In this document: positions 56,789-64,000 of the stretch, piece by piece | Layout of the letters: each line of letters starts with the position of its first letter | How positions within the stretch are numbered: position 1 is the stretch's first letter | NCBI GenBank assembly: GCA_031383405.1 | Contig: JANMZO010000301.1 | Location: forward strand, 7 to 64,006 | DNA: 64,000 bases | Source of the DNA: Acidimicrobiia bacterium | GTDB lineage: Bacteria; Actinomycetota; Acidimicrobiia; Acidimicrobiales; JANYDT01 | Direction: 5' to 3' | Notes under the pieces: model-generated | Told to the model about the DNA's origin: nothing | The model's input: only the letters and a program-made list of their open reading frames with translations | Databases searched by the model: none | Position numbers and translations under genes: made by a program

Positions 56789-57188
56789 GTGACACTGTCT
56801 GGGGCGACCGGCGTCTGGGTGTCGGCTAGCCCAAACACAACCGTTGGCCACGACGTGATCCTTGATGGACGCGGCGGCCTCACCATTGGGGAGAACGGTC
56901 AACCTCTCGAGCGATGTCGCTATCTGGACGTTGACGCACGACCCTCAGGCCGCCGACTTCGGAACCTGCGCCGGGCCTGTCCGGATCGAGTCCTACGCCT
57001 GGCTGGGTTTTCGCTCGACGGTCCTGCCCGGGGTGACGGTCGGCGAAGGCGCGGTCGTCGCAGCCGGCGCGGTCGTGACGAAGAATGTCGCACCGTATGC
57101 GATCGTCGGCGGTGTTCCCGCTGTCGTGTTGGGCGAGCGCAATCGGGACCTCGGCTACCGCTGCGGCGGTGGTTTCCACTTTGTGTAG
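56789..57188 (+). pseudogene. hexapeptide-repeat (LbH) O-acetyltransferase, apparently frameshifted and N-terminally truncated
   Basis: The frame from GTG 56789 reads ...[20 protein letters not shown]. The sequence continues in the +1 frame as [16 protein letters not shown]...[48 protein letters not shown]. One extra G near 56897-56898 would explain the break. No acetyltransferase-like N-terminus lies upstream. Confidence 0.5.
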
Positions 57189-57338
57189 CGACACGTGCCA
57201 CACCACGCAAGGCTATGAGCCGTGCGTCTGCCTGATCGCGACCTGGTGATGCCGCTGACCGGTCAGGCCGAAGGCCCGTCCCGGTCCTGAGGGCCGGCAA
57301 CGACCACCATCGGGACGGGCCGCCACTAGGATGTATCG

Positions 57339-59210
57339 GTGGCGTTTTCGGGAATTCGACGGAAATCGGCGCGTCCTTGCACTTCAGCCGGCGAACGCGC
57401 GGGGGTAGGTTTCCGACGCCGGGCGGCCGTCTGCTTTTGTGGGGTCTCCCTGCTGCTGCTCGGACCCGACGGGTTCCTTGGCCGGTCTCCGGCCCGAGGG
57501 GCCGCTCGGGTCCGGTTTGTCTCGGCCTCTGCCCGAAACGGTCTCACCCCGGCACTCATAGACCAACTGGTTGCCATCGGCCGGGCCACCGGCGCACGGG
57601 CGACGGTTCTGCACCAGGGCACGCTCGATCTCGTATCCACCCACCGGGGGCCGCGAACGGTTGTGCTACCGCCGGCGGGTTTTGCCTATCCGTTGGCGAC
57701 GCGGGTCGTCGACGCCACCGTCGCGTCGACGTTCACCGGAAACGACGCAGCGGCCGCCCTTGCGAAGAATCTCGGTGTGGTTGGGCGGACTTCAGCGGCT
57801 CTGCGCCGGGTTCGCATCGGCGATACACTTATCGTCCGCCGCTGGCGAACCGGCGAAGGGTCTGAAGGCTCGCTGGTTCCGTCGACCACGACCGATCGGC
57901 CGTCCCCAACTTCGGTGGTTCCGTCGACCACAACGGCCACGCCGACCGCAACGGCCACTACGGGCGCGCCGACATCGACGGCCACTACGGCCACTACGGC
58001 CACTACGTCCACTACGGCCACTACGGCCACTACGGCCACGCCGACCGCAACGGCCACTACGGCCGCCCCGACAGCGACGGCCACTACGGGGCCGACCACT
58101 ACCATGACGGTTTCGGCCACCACCGCGACCACGATTGCGGTTTCGACTGCGACTACAGCGACGACGTACATCGCCTCTATACCCGCCCCTTCGGGGAAAC
58201 TCCCGCTTGAGGTTCAATCCGTTGTCATCGGTGCGATCGTGCCCGACGCAAGCATGCTCGGCGCGGAACTTATTGTTTCGGCGTCAACCGGTGACCGCAT
58301 CGGCCTTGAGCGACCCGATCGGGTGCTCCTGTGGGATCTGAAGAACGCAGACGAGGTGGTACGGCGGGCCACGGCCATTGTCGGAGAGCGTTTTGTGTTC
58401 CGGTCATGGGACGATGATGTGCTTGATTCCGTGCTCTCCTCGGCCTCGTTGAAACACCTCGTCGGGGAGTTTGCGATCTCCCGGAATTCCGATGACATCA
58501 CGATTGAACCGGGTTGGGTGGAAGCCAACATCAGGCGTGTCAACCTCCCGATCATCGGGGAGATGAGCTGTCACCGTCTGGTCGTCGGCCCTTTGAGGGA
58601 GGTGTTGTCGGAGATCGATGGAGCCGGGCTGGCTTTGCTCATCGATGTCGAAGACACCCAGCGGTACGGAGGATGTCTGAGCGTGCGCGAAATCCGTTCG
58701 GTGAGCGGGTCGCAAGGGCGAAACCTTTCGCGACACAGTTGGGCCGTGGCGATCGACATCAACCCTTCATCGAATCCCTTCGGAGGAGCGGTCACGATGG
58801 ATCAACGCATCGTTGACGTGTTCCGACGCCACGGGTTCGCCTGGGGCGGGAGTTTCCCGATCACCGACGGCATGCACTTCGAATACATTGGCACGCCCCG
58901 GGTAGTGGGTTCTCCGCTACCGAGTGCACCGCCGACCACCTCCACTTCGACTTCGACTTCGACTTCGACTTCGACTTCGACTTCGACTTCGACATCTACT
59001 TCGACATCTACTTCGACATCTACTTCGACCTCCACGACGCTCCCGACGTCGGCCACAATGCACCCGACGTCGAGTTCGGTGACGACGCTCCCGACGTCGA
59101 CGGCGGTTTCTTCATCGGCGTCGATCTCCGCGCCGACTGCAACGCCGACTGCAACACCGACTGCAACGTCCCCGTCGTCGCCGACGGGTAGCGTGCCGCC
59201 GCAATCATGA
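57339..59210 (+). CDS. secreted M15 family metallopeptidase (VanY / D-Ala-D-Ala carboxypeptidase-like) with repeat linkers
   Basis: 623 aa. M15 motifs SRHSWAVAIDIN (H..D) and GFAWGGSF...DGMHFEY. Internal (ATT)n-rich block and C-terminal (TS)n block encoded by 9-bp and 6/12-bp microsatellites (about 57940-58100 and 58940-59032). The start is uncertain. Confidence 0.8.
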   Translation: MAFSGIRRKSARPCTSAGERAGVGFRRRAAVCFCGVSLLLLGPDGFLGRSPARGAARVRFVSASARNGLTPALIDQLVAIGRATGARATVLHQGTLDLVSTHRGPRTVVLPPAGFAYPLATRVVDATVASTFTGNDAAAALAKNLGVVGRTSAALRRVRIGDTLIVRRWRTGEGSEGSLVPSTTTDRPSPTSVVPSTTTATPTATATTGAPTSTATTATTATTSTTATTATTATPTATATTAAPTATATTGPTTTMTVSATTATTIAVSTATTATTYIASIPAPSGKLPLEVQSVVIGAIVPDASMLGAELIVSASTGDRIGLERPDRVLLWDLKNADEVVRRATAIVGERFVFRSWDDDVLDSVLSSASLKHLVGEFAISRNSDDITIEPGWVEANIRRVNLPIIGEMSCHRLVVGPLREVLSEIDGAGLALLIDVEDTQRYGGCLSVREIRSVSGSQGRNLSRHSWAVAIDINPSSNPFGGAVTMDQRIVDVFRRHGFAWGGSFPITDGMHFEYIGTPRVVGSPLPSAPPTTSTSTSTSTSTSTSTSTSTSTSTSTSTSTSTSTTLPTSATMHPTSSSVTTLPTSTAVSSSASISAPTATPTATPTATSPSSPTGSVPPQS

Positions 59211-59246
59211 CTCATGCTGAGTAGACAGATGACTCGCAATGAGTCA
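59208..59246. promoter_or_regulatory. two tandem operator-like palindromes upstream of the pncB-pncA ORF
   Basis: TGACTCatgctGAGTA (59208-59223) and TGACTCgcaatGAGTCA (59230-59246), both of the form TGACTC-N5-GAGTCA. They lie 12-50 nt upstream of the GTG at 59258. An NrtR-family regulator is encoded in the same unit. Confidence 0.45.
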
Positions 59247-59257
59247 AGCTCGGTGTC

Positions 59258-61234
59258 GTGAGCAGAGCACTGAATACCGACCGCTACGAGCTGACGATGG
59301 CCGATGCGGCGCTCAGTTCCGGGATTGCGGACCGGTCGGCGGTATTCGAGGTGTTCACCCGACGCCTCCCGCCGGGCCGTCGCTACGGAGTCGTGGCCGG
59401 CACCGCCCGGATTGTCGATGCGATCGAGCACTTCCGTTTCAGTCCCGACCACCTCGACTATCTCCGCACGCTCGGCCTGTCACAAGCGCTGCTTTCATGG
59501 CTGCAGGGTTACTCGTTCTCCGGCAACGTGTGGGGCTTTCCGGAAGGTGAAATCTACTTTCCTGGAGCACCGATCCTCACGGTCGAAGCACCGTTCGTGG
59601 AGGCCGTGCTGCTCGAGACGGTGGTGCTTTCCATTCTCAACCACGACTGCGCGGTGGCCGCGGCCGGAAGCCGGATGGTGACCTCCGCAGCCGGGCGTCG
59701 AACGATCGAAATGGGCTCCCGACGCACCGACCCCGACGCTGCTGTGGCCGCAGCACGAGCAGCCGCGATAGCGGGGCTCGACGCCACGTCGAACCTCGAA
59801 GCCGGGGCCCGTTACGGTCTCGCGACGGCCGGTACCGCGGCCCATGCGTTCACGCTGGCCCATCTCGATGAAGAAGTGGCGTTTCGCGCCCAGATTGCGG
59901 CCCAGGGCGTCGGTACCACCCTTCTGGTCGACACCTACGACATTCCGAGCGGGCTCCGTTCGGCGGTACGGGTGGCACTCGAATTCGGCGCGGCCGGTCC
60001 CGGCGGGGTCCGGATCGACTCGGGTGATCTCGTGCTGGAGACTCGCAACGCCCGTCGTCTCCTCGATGAGTTGGGGGCAACGGAGACGCGCATCGTCGTC
60101 TCGGGGGATCTCGACGAGTTCCGCATCGACGAGTTGGTCCGGGCCGGTGCGCCCATCGACGTCTTCGGAGTCGGCACGAGTCTGGTCGTAGGATCCGGCG
60201 CCCCGACGGCCGGGCTGACCTACAAGCTGGTGGCGATTGCCGACAGTGTTGGGGTCATGCAGCCGGTCGCCAAACGGTCCGCTGGAAAGGCCGGAGTCGG
60301 AGGGCGCAAGGTTGTGCGACGCTGCGAGACCCATCACGGTATCGAAGAGTCACTATTGGTCGGACCACCGCTGTCGGAGAGCAACCTGCAGGTCCCGTTC
60401 ATGCTTTCCGGGGTCGTCCAACCGCGAGAAGATGTGCACGTTGCGATCGCACGCCACCGCAACTGGAGGCCCAGGTTGGCCCATCTCGGAGCGCTCGATA
60501 TCACCGAAGGAGAATCGCTCGTGACCCCCAACGTTGTCGTCGTGACCCCCAACGTTGCCGTCGTGAAACCCGACGTTGTGGCCGAGGCCGCCATCGGACC
60601 CGCCGCGACTGTGGTCGGGCCAAGCGTGGTGGAATCACCGTCCGGCCCAGCGCCGAGGCGCGCACTGATTGTCGTCGACTGCCAAAACGATTTTTGTGAA
60701 GGGGGATCGTTGGCGGTCGAAGGTGGTGCAGCGGTCGTCGCACGTATCAGCAGCTACCTTCTCGGGAAGCCGACGGATGTTGACGTCGTTGTTGCGACCC
60801 TCGACGCCCACGTGGATCCGGGGGTCCATTTCAGCGAATCGCCGGACTGGATCGATTCTTGGCCGGCCCATTGCGTGGTCGGCACGAGCGGGTCGCACCC
60901 GCATGCCAACTTTGCACCGGCATTGGGAATCATTGACATGTGGTTCGAAAAAGGTGCCCACGAAGCTGCGTATTCGGGTTTCGAGGGCCGGTCGACGACG
61001 ACACAGGAGACCCTCGACGAGTACCTGCGTCGTCGGAAGGTATCGGCGGTGGACGTCGTCGGTCTTGCCACCGACTATTGCGTCGGGGCGACGGCCCGGT
61101 CTGCGCTCTCCAAAGGATATTCAGTACGCGTACTTAGTGATTTGTGTGCCGCTGTCGATTCGAGCGGAGGGGAAACGATGCTCGGCGAACTCCGCGAGGC
61201 CGGAATCGAAGTTGTGGAATCCGTGACACGCTGA
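59258..61234 (+). CDS. pncB: fused nicotinate phosphoribosyltransferase / nicotinamidase (PncB-PncA)
   Basis: 658 aa. The N-terminal 420 aa are NAPRTase (TDRYELTMADAAL..., GTAAHAF, DTYD). The C-terminal 190 aa form an isochorismatase-fold nicotinamidase with the Asp/Lys/Cys triad contexts VVDCQNDF, FEKG and ATDYCV. The two parts are joined by a 3 x 7-aa repeat. Confidence 0.85.
   Translation: MSRALNTDRYELTMADAALSSGIADRSAVFEVFTRRLPPGRRYGVVAGTARIVDAIEHFRFSPDHLDYLRTLGLSQALLSWLQGYSFSGNVWGFPEGEIYFPGAPILTVEAPFVEAVLLETVVLSILNHDCAVAAAGSRMVTSAAGRRTIEMGSRRTDPDAAVAAARAAAIAGLDATSNLEAGARYGLATAGTAAHAFTLAHLDEEVAFRAQIAAQGVGTTLLVDTYDIPSGLRSAVRVALEFGAAGPGGVRIDSGDLVLETRNARRLLDELGATETRIVVSGDLDEFRIDELVRAGAPIDVFGVGTSLVVGSGAPTAGLTYKLVAIADSVGVMQPVAKRSAGKAGVGGRKVVRRCETHHGIEESLLVGPPLSESNLQVPFMLSGVVQPREDVHVAIARHRNWRPRLAHLGALDITEGESLVTPNVVVVTPNVAVVKPDVVAEAAIGPAATVVGPSVVESPSGPAPRRALIVVDCQNDFCEGGSLAVEGGAAVVARISSYLLGKPTDVDVVVATLDAHVDPGVHFSESPDWIDSWPAHCVVGTSGSHPHANFAPALGIIDMWFEKGAHEAAYSGFEGRSTTTQETLDEYLRRRKVSAVDVVGLATDYCVGATARSALSKGYSVRVLSDLCAAVDSSGGETMLGELREAGIEVVESVTR
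60521..60583 (+). repeat. 21-bp tandem repeat x3 at the pncB/pncA fusion point
   Basis: gtgacccccaacgttgtcgtc / gtgacccccaacgttgccgtc / gtgaaacccgacgttgtggcc encodes VTPNVVV VTPNVAV VKPDVVA. It is preceded by GAAGGAG (60506-60512), 8 nt before the in-frame GTG at 60521. Confidence 0.95.
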
Positions 61235-61902
61235 TGACGCACCCGCTTCCGGTCTCCATAGAAATTTCATTGTGTGTACTTACTATTAATCAAGGCCGTC
61301 TCGCCGTTCTTGCCTCTCGCAACACCGAGTCGAACGTGTGGGCGTTCCCGGGTTGTCCGTTGGCCGGACTCGAGTCTTGCGATGACGTCGCCGAACTCCT
61401 TCTGCTCAGTCACAAACCCCAACGCGAAACCACGTTTCTCGAACAACTTCGCACGTACGGGCCGCGCGCAGGGAGGGACGGTGCCGGCCTCCTGTCAGTG
61501 GCCTACGTCGCACTCGTCGCCGACCTGCATTCGCGTTCGCAATCTTCCACAACCCGTGTCTTCGCGCTTGATGATCTCGCCGGCTCCGGGTTTCTCGCCG
61601 ACGAACAGGAGCGGATTCTTGCCGATGGGGTGGAGCGGGTCCGTTCCAAGCTCGAATACACGACCGCCGCAACGTCGCTGGTAACGGAACCATTCACCAT
61701 CCCTGAACTTCGGCGGGTGTACGAGTCCGTTTGGGGGGTTGCTTTGCACCCGGCCAATTTCCGCCGGAAGGTATTGACGACACCAGGTTTTGTTGAGCGG
61801 ATCACCAACGCCGAAAACGAACGGGGCCCCGAGTTGTATCGCCGAGGAAGCGCACAGTTGCTACATCCTGCGATGTTGCGACCCACCGAAACGACAGCGT
61901 GA
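61234..61902 (+). CDS. nrtR: NrtR family (Nudix-related) transcriptional regulator of NAD metabolism
   Basis: Start at the ATG at 61234, overlapping the TGA of the fusion ORF (TGATG). Nudix-like N-domain, and a C-terminal winged helix with FTIPELRRVYESVWGVALHPANFRRKV, the F....L...YE...G..L...NFRRK signature. Confidence 0.8.
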   Translation: MTHPLPVSIEISLCVLTINQGRLAVLASRNTESNVWAFPGCPLAGLESCDDVAELLLLSHKPQRETTFLEQLRTYGPRAGRDGAGLLSVAYVALVADLHSRSQSSTTRVFALDDLAGSGFLADEQERILADGVERVRSKLEYTTAATSLVTEPFTIPELRRVYESVWGVALHPANFRRKVLTTPGFVERITNAENERGPELYRRGSAQLLHPAMLRPTETTA

Positions 61903-62014
61903 CGAATCCTTACCAACGTTCCGTCGCCCCACAAACATCACGTTTCGCGCGCACCGCTAGCGCTATCGGGCAACCTCGACTAGGGTACCGAGCACGGAAA
62001 AAGGACCCGCACCA

Positions 62015-62040
62015 CGCGGGGACATCAGCCCCGCGATTTT
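62015..62040 (+). terminator. intrinsic terminator-like hairpin after nrtR
   Basis: cgcgggg-acatcag-ccccgcg followed by atttt: a 7-bp GC stem, a 7-nt loop and a T-run. Confidence 0.55.
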
Positions 62041-62099
62041 GCGGGGCGAACAATCCGGGGCCATGAGGTCCCGCTCTACCAGGCGTTGCGATTCACCCT

Positions 62100-63044
62100 T
62101 TGAATCTCAGCGTGAGGAGGAATGTGATCTCACTACGAATGCGGTTTGCTTCGGTTGCGTGCCTTTCGGTACTCGCAGTTCCGGGGCTCGCTTCCGCGGC
62201 TCAGGCTTCACCGGTTTGGGAGCGCTCGATAGCGGCCTTTCCGACGTCCCTGCAGGCTCTGTCGACCCAGACGCAGCGAGTAGATGTCGTGGCCGAGCTC
62301 GCCCGTCGTCTTCTGGCGTTCGGTTCCTCGCCGAGGTCCTCGATCGTGACGTCTGTGGTGGTTCCATCAACGTCCGGTTCATCGGGCAGTGTCACCTCAA
62401 CACCGGTCTCGCCCGCAACTGCGTTGACCCTGACGTCAACCGGGCCTTCACCGGTAGGAGCGCCTTCCGTGCCCGCGACTGACGGCCCGTCGTGGAGCGC
62501 GACAGTGGTCGAAACCGGCTCGATCAGTCGGCTGCGTTCGGCTGTTGCACTTCCGGTTGTTCCGGTTGTTCCGGAGGATGCAGTCGTCGAGGAAACGTCC
62601 ACCGATCGAGACCAGTTGATTCGTATGCTCGCGTATGAAGTGGGTGCCCGCACCAAGGTTGACCCGGCCGCGCTTGAGAGCATCTGGCGCCGTACGGAAG
62701 ACCGTCGGATGCGCGCCGTTCTCAGCGCATTGGCTCAGGTCGGAACTCCCTATCGGGCGGCGGGAAACCAACCGGGTGGCTTTGACTGCTCCGGGCTCAC
62801 GTCGTACGCGTGGTCACAGGCCGGCGTGAAGATCGCACGTTCCTCGGGTGATCAGATCAACGCCACTTCGCCCCGTACGTTCGAGCAGATGCTCCCCGGG
62901 GACCTCATCTGGCGGCCAGGTCATGTCGGGATGTATCTCGGCTACGGCGACGCGATGGTGCACTCCCCACAAACCGGCAAGACCGTCGAGGTGCGAACCA
63001 TCGGCAAAGGTGTCCGCTTTGGCTCACCGCTGCCCTCTTCCTGA
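62100..63044 (+). CDS. NlpC/P60 (C40) peptidoglycan endopeptidase
   Basis: 314 aa in the track, from a TTG. GTG 62124 or ATG 62139, after GAGGAGG (62114-62120), is more likely. Signal peptide ...AVPGLASAAQA. Catalytic motifs GGFDCSGLTSYAW and PGHVGMYLGYGDAMVHSP. Confidence 0.9.
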   Translation: MNLSVRRNVISLRMRFASVACLSVLAVPGLASAAQASPVWERSIAAFPTSLQALSTQTQRVDVVAELARRLLAFGSSPRSSIVTSVVVPSTSGSSGSVTSTPVSPATALTLTSTGPSPVGAPSVPATDGPSWSATVVETGSISRLRSAVALPVVPVVPEDAVVEETSTDRDQLIRMLAYEVGARTKVDPAALESIWRRTEDRRMRAVLSALAQVGTPYRAAGNQPGGFDCSGLTSYAWSQAGVKIARSSGDQINATSPRTFEQMLPGDLIWRPGHVGMYLGYGDAMVHSPQTGKTVEVRTIGKGVRFGSPLPSS

Positions 63045-63085
63045 ATCCTCCGATAATCCCCCGCGTCCGGTTTGCACCGTCGAGT

Positions 63086-63847
63086 TCAGAACTGTTCGCG
63101 GAATTCCTGGAATTCCCGCTGTAGGGCGGCGAGTTGATTCGTGAGTACCGCAACGTCGGATTCGAGCGCACCGACCCGATCCCTCCAGGATCCGCCGGAA
63201 TCGCCAGCCGTCCCCTGAACGGGCGGAGCGGCGAAGGCATCGAGATCGATCGGGCCACCGAGGAGTTGGGCCACCCGGGCCTCTTTCTGGCCGGGCATTC
63301 GCGGTAGCCGTTCGATCAACGGGCCCCTCCAAGGGCGTGCGTAACCGTCGGGGATGTCGGGAGTGGCTGTTGATGAACGGAGCATTCCCGCATCTGACCG
63401 GGTCGGGTACTCGCTTGGATCGGGTGAGACCGTCGGATCGGCGAGTCGGTCAAGTACGAGATCAACCGATTGCAGGTCGTCGAACACAAACAGTCGCTCG
63501 GTCCGCGCTTTCAACTCGCCGAGGGTCTGCGGACCGCGAAGCAGAAGAACGGCAATGATGGCGGCCTCCGACGGCGTGAGGAGCAGGCGCTCGTCGACCA
63601 CGTGCTTGTACTTGTCGACTCGGGAACCGGCACCCGAGTGCACGATGCGGACCAGCCGGTGGTCGGTTCGTAGTCGGTCGAGGCCTTCCGTCACGGTCGC
63701 ACCGGAGTAATTCACCACCGGCTCGCGGTTGGTCGACTGGTTGCACGCGTTCACCAAAGCGTTGAGGGTGAGCGGATACTGCTCGGGCGTCGTCATCTGC
63801 TTTTCGATGAGACAGCCGAGCACCCGAACTTCGAGAGGCGTGAGCAT
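63086..63847 (-). CDS. DUF480 (YceH-like) family protein
   Basis: 253 aa. MLTPLEVRVLGCLIEKQMTTPEQYPLTLNALVNACNQSTNREPV is the characteristic YceH/UPF0502 N-terminus. Confidence 0.85.
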   Translation of the reverse strand: MLTPLEVRVLGCLIEKQMTTPEQYPLTLNALVNACNQSTNREPVVNYSGATVTEGLDRLRTDHRLVRIVHSGAGSRVDKYKHVVDERLLLTPSEAAIIAVLLLRGPQTLGELKARTERLFVFDDLQSVDLVLDRLADPTVSPDPSEYPTRSDAGMLRSSTATPDIPDGYARPWRGPLIERLPRMPGQKEARVAQLLGGPIDLDAFAAPPVQGTAGDSGGSWRDRVGALESDVAVLTNQLAALQREFQEFREQF

Positions 63848-63937
63848 TCCCTCGACGCTACCCCTCGGGGCGACTTCCGTGTGCCTGGGCTACCGCCCGT
63901 CTGGCGCGTGCACAGTGGTTGCGGGCAACATGGGGCC

Positions 63938-64000
63938 ATGATTTGTAAAGACCGCGTTGCCATTGTCACCGGAGCGGGCCGAGGCATCGGCCGTTGTCAC
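63938..64000 (+). CDS. short-chain dehydrogenase/reductase, N-terminal fragment (runs off the right edge)
   Basis: My own translation gives MICKDRVAIVTGAGRGIGRCH, with the TGxxxGIG cofactor motif. Confidence 0.6.
   Translation, partial: MICKDRVAIVTGAGRGIGRCH

Noticed and set aside
1-64000. Mobile elements, prophage, defence islands, tRNA/rRNA genes.
   Set aside because: I recognised no integrase, transposase, recombinase, phage structural, restriction-modification or Cas-like sequence in any frame. I saw no tRNA-like T-arm motifs (GGTTCGAATCC-type).

Overview
High-GC (about 63-66% by eye) chromosomal segment of an Actinomycetota-type bacterium. It is densely packed with housekeeping and cell-envelope genes. 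I found no rRNA, tRNA, CRISPR array, transposase or integrase. From memory, several blocks are syntenic with Mycobacterium tuberculosis: miaA-dapF-hflX (Rv2727c-2725c), lexA / SOS-controlled LysM protein / nrdR (Rv2720-2718c) followed by nrdJ, and rmlD-wbbL-manB-like ... cofE-cofD (Rv3266c-3261). Between these blocks lie: LLM/F420-type oxidoreductases; a P450; an MFS exporter; methylmalonyl-CoA mutase plus MeaB; an acyl-CoA dehydrogenase and acyl-CoA carboxylase alpha subunit; two LCP ligases with glycosyltransferases; dapC-dapE; an NAD-salvage unit (a pncB-pncA fusion plus nrtR); and peptidoglycan hydrolases (M15, NlpC/P60). Most long ORFs in the six-frame track that lie antisense to these genes are high-GC shadow ORFs.

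Observations worth a second look:
1. The cofD-cofE junction has been duplicated: a 63-bp unit repeated 3.5 times, plus a distal copy. The copies flank about 0.7 kb of decayed coding remnants.
2. An MFS / 45-aa sORF / P450 arrangement sits on one strand and could be a small peptide-modification cassette.
3. Two tandem paralogous secreted PIG-L deacetylases carry 3 and 4 discoidin-like modules, poly-Thr linkers and a shared upstream motif.
4. A single ORF fuses pncB and pncA. It retains an internal SD+GTG and a 21-bp x3 repeat at the fusion point, and two operator-like palindromes lie upstream.
5. A palindromic GGGGATGGTT...AACCATCCCC hairpin family occurs three times.
6. Short tandem duplications recur at gene junctions.
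7. Three SOS boxes and a strong G-run tract lie in the lexA divergent region.

I see no clearly novel multi-gene system such as a defence island. The candidates above are hypotheses and need database or experimental checks.
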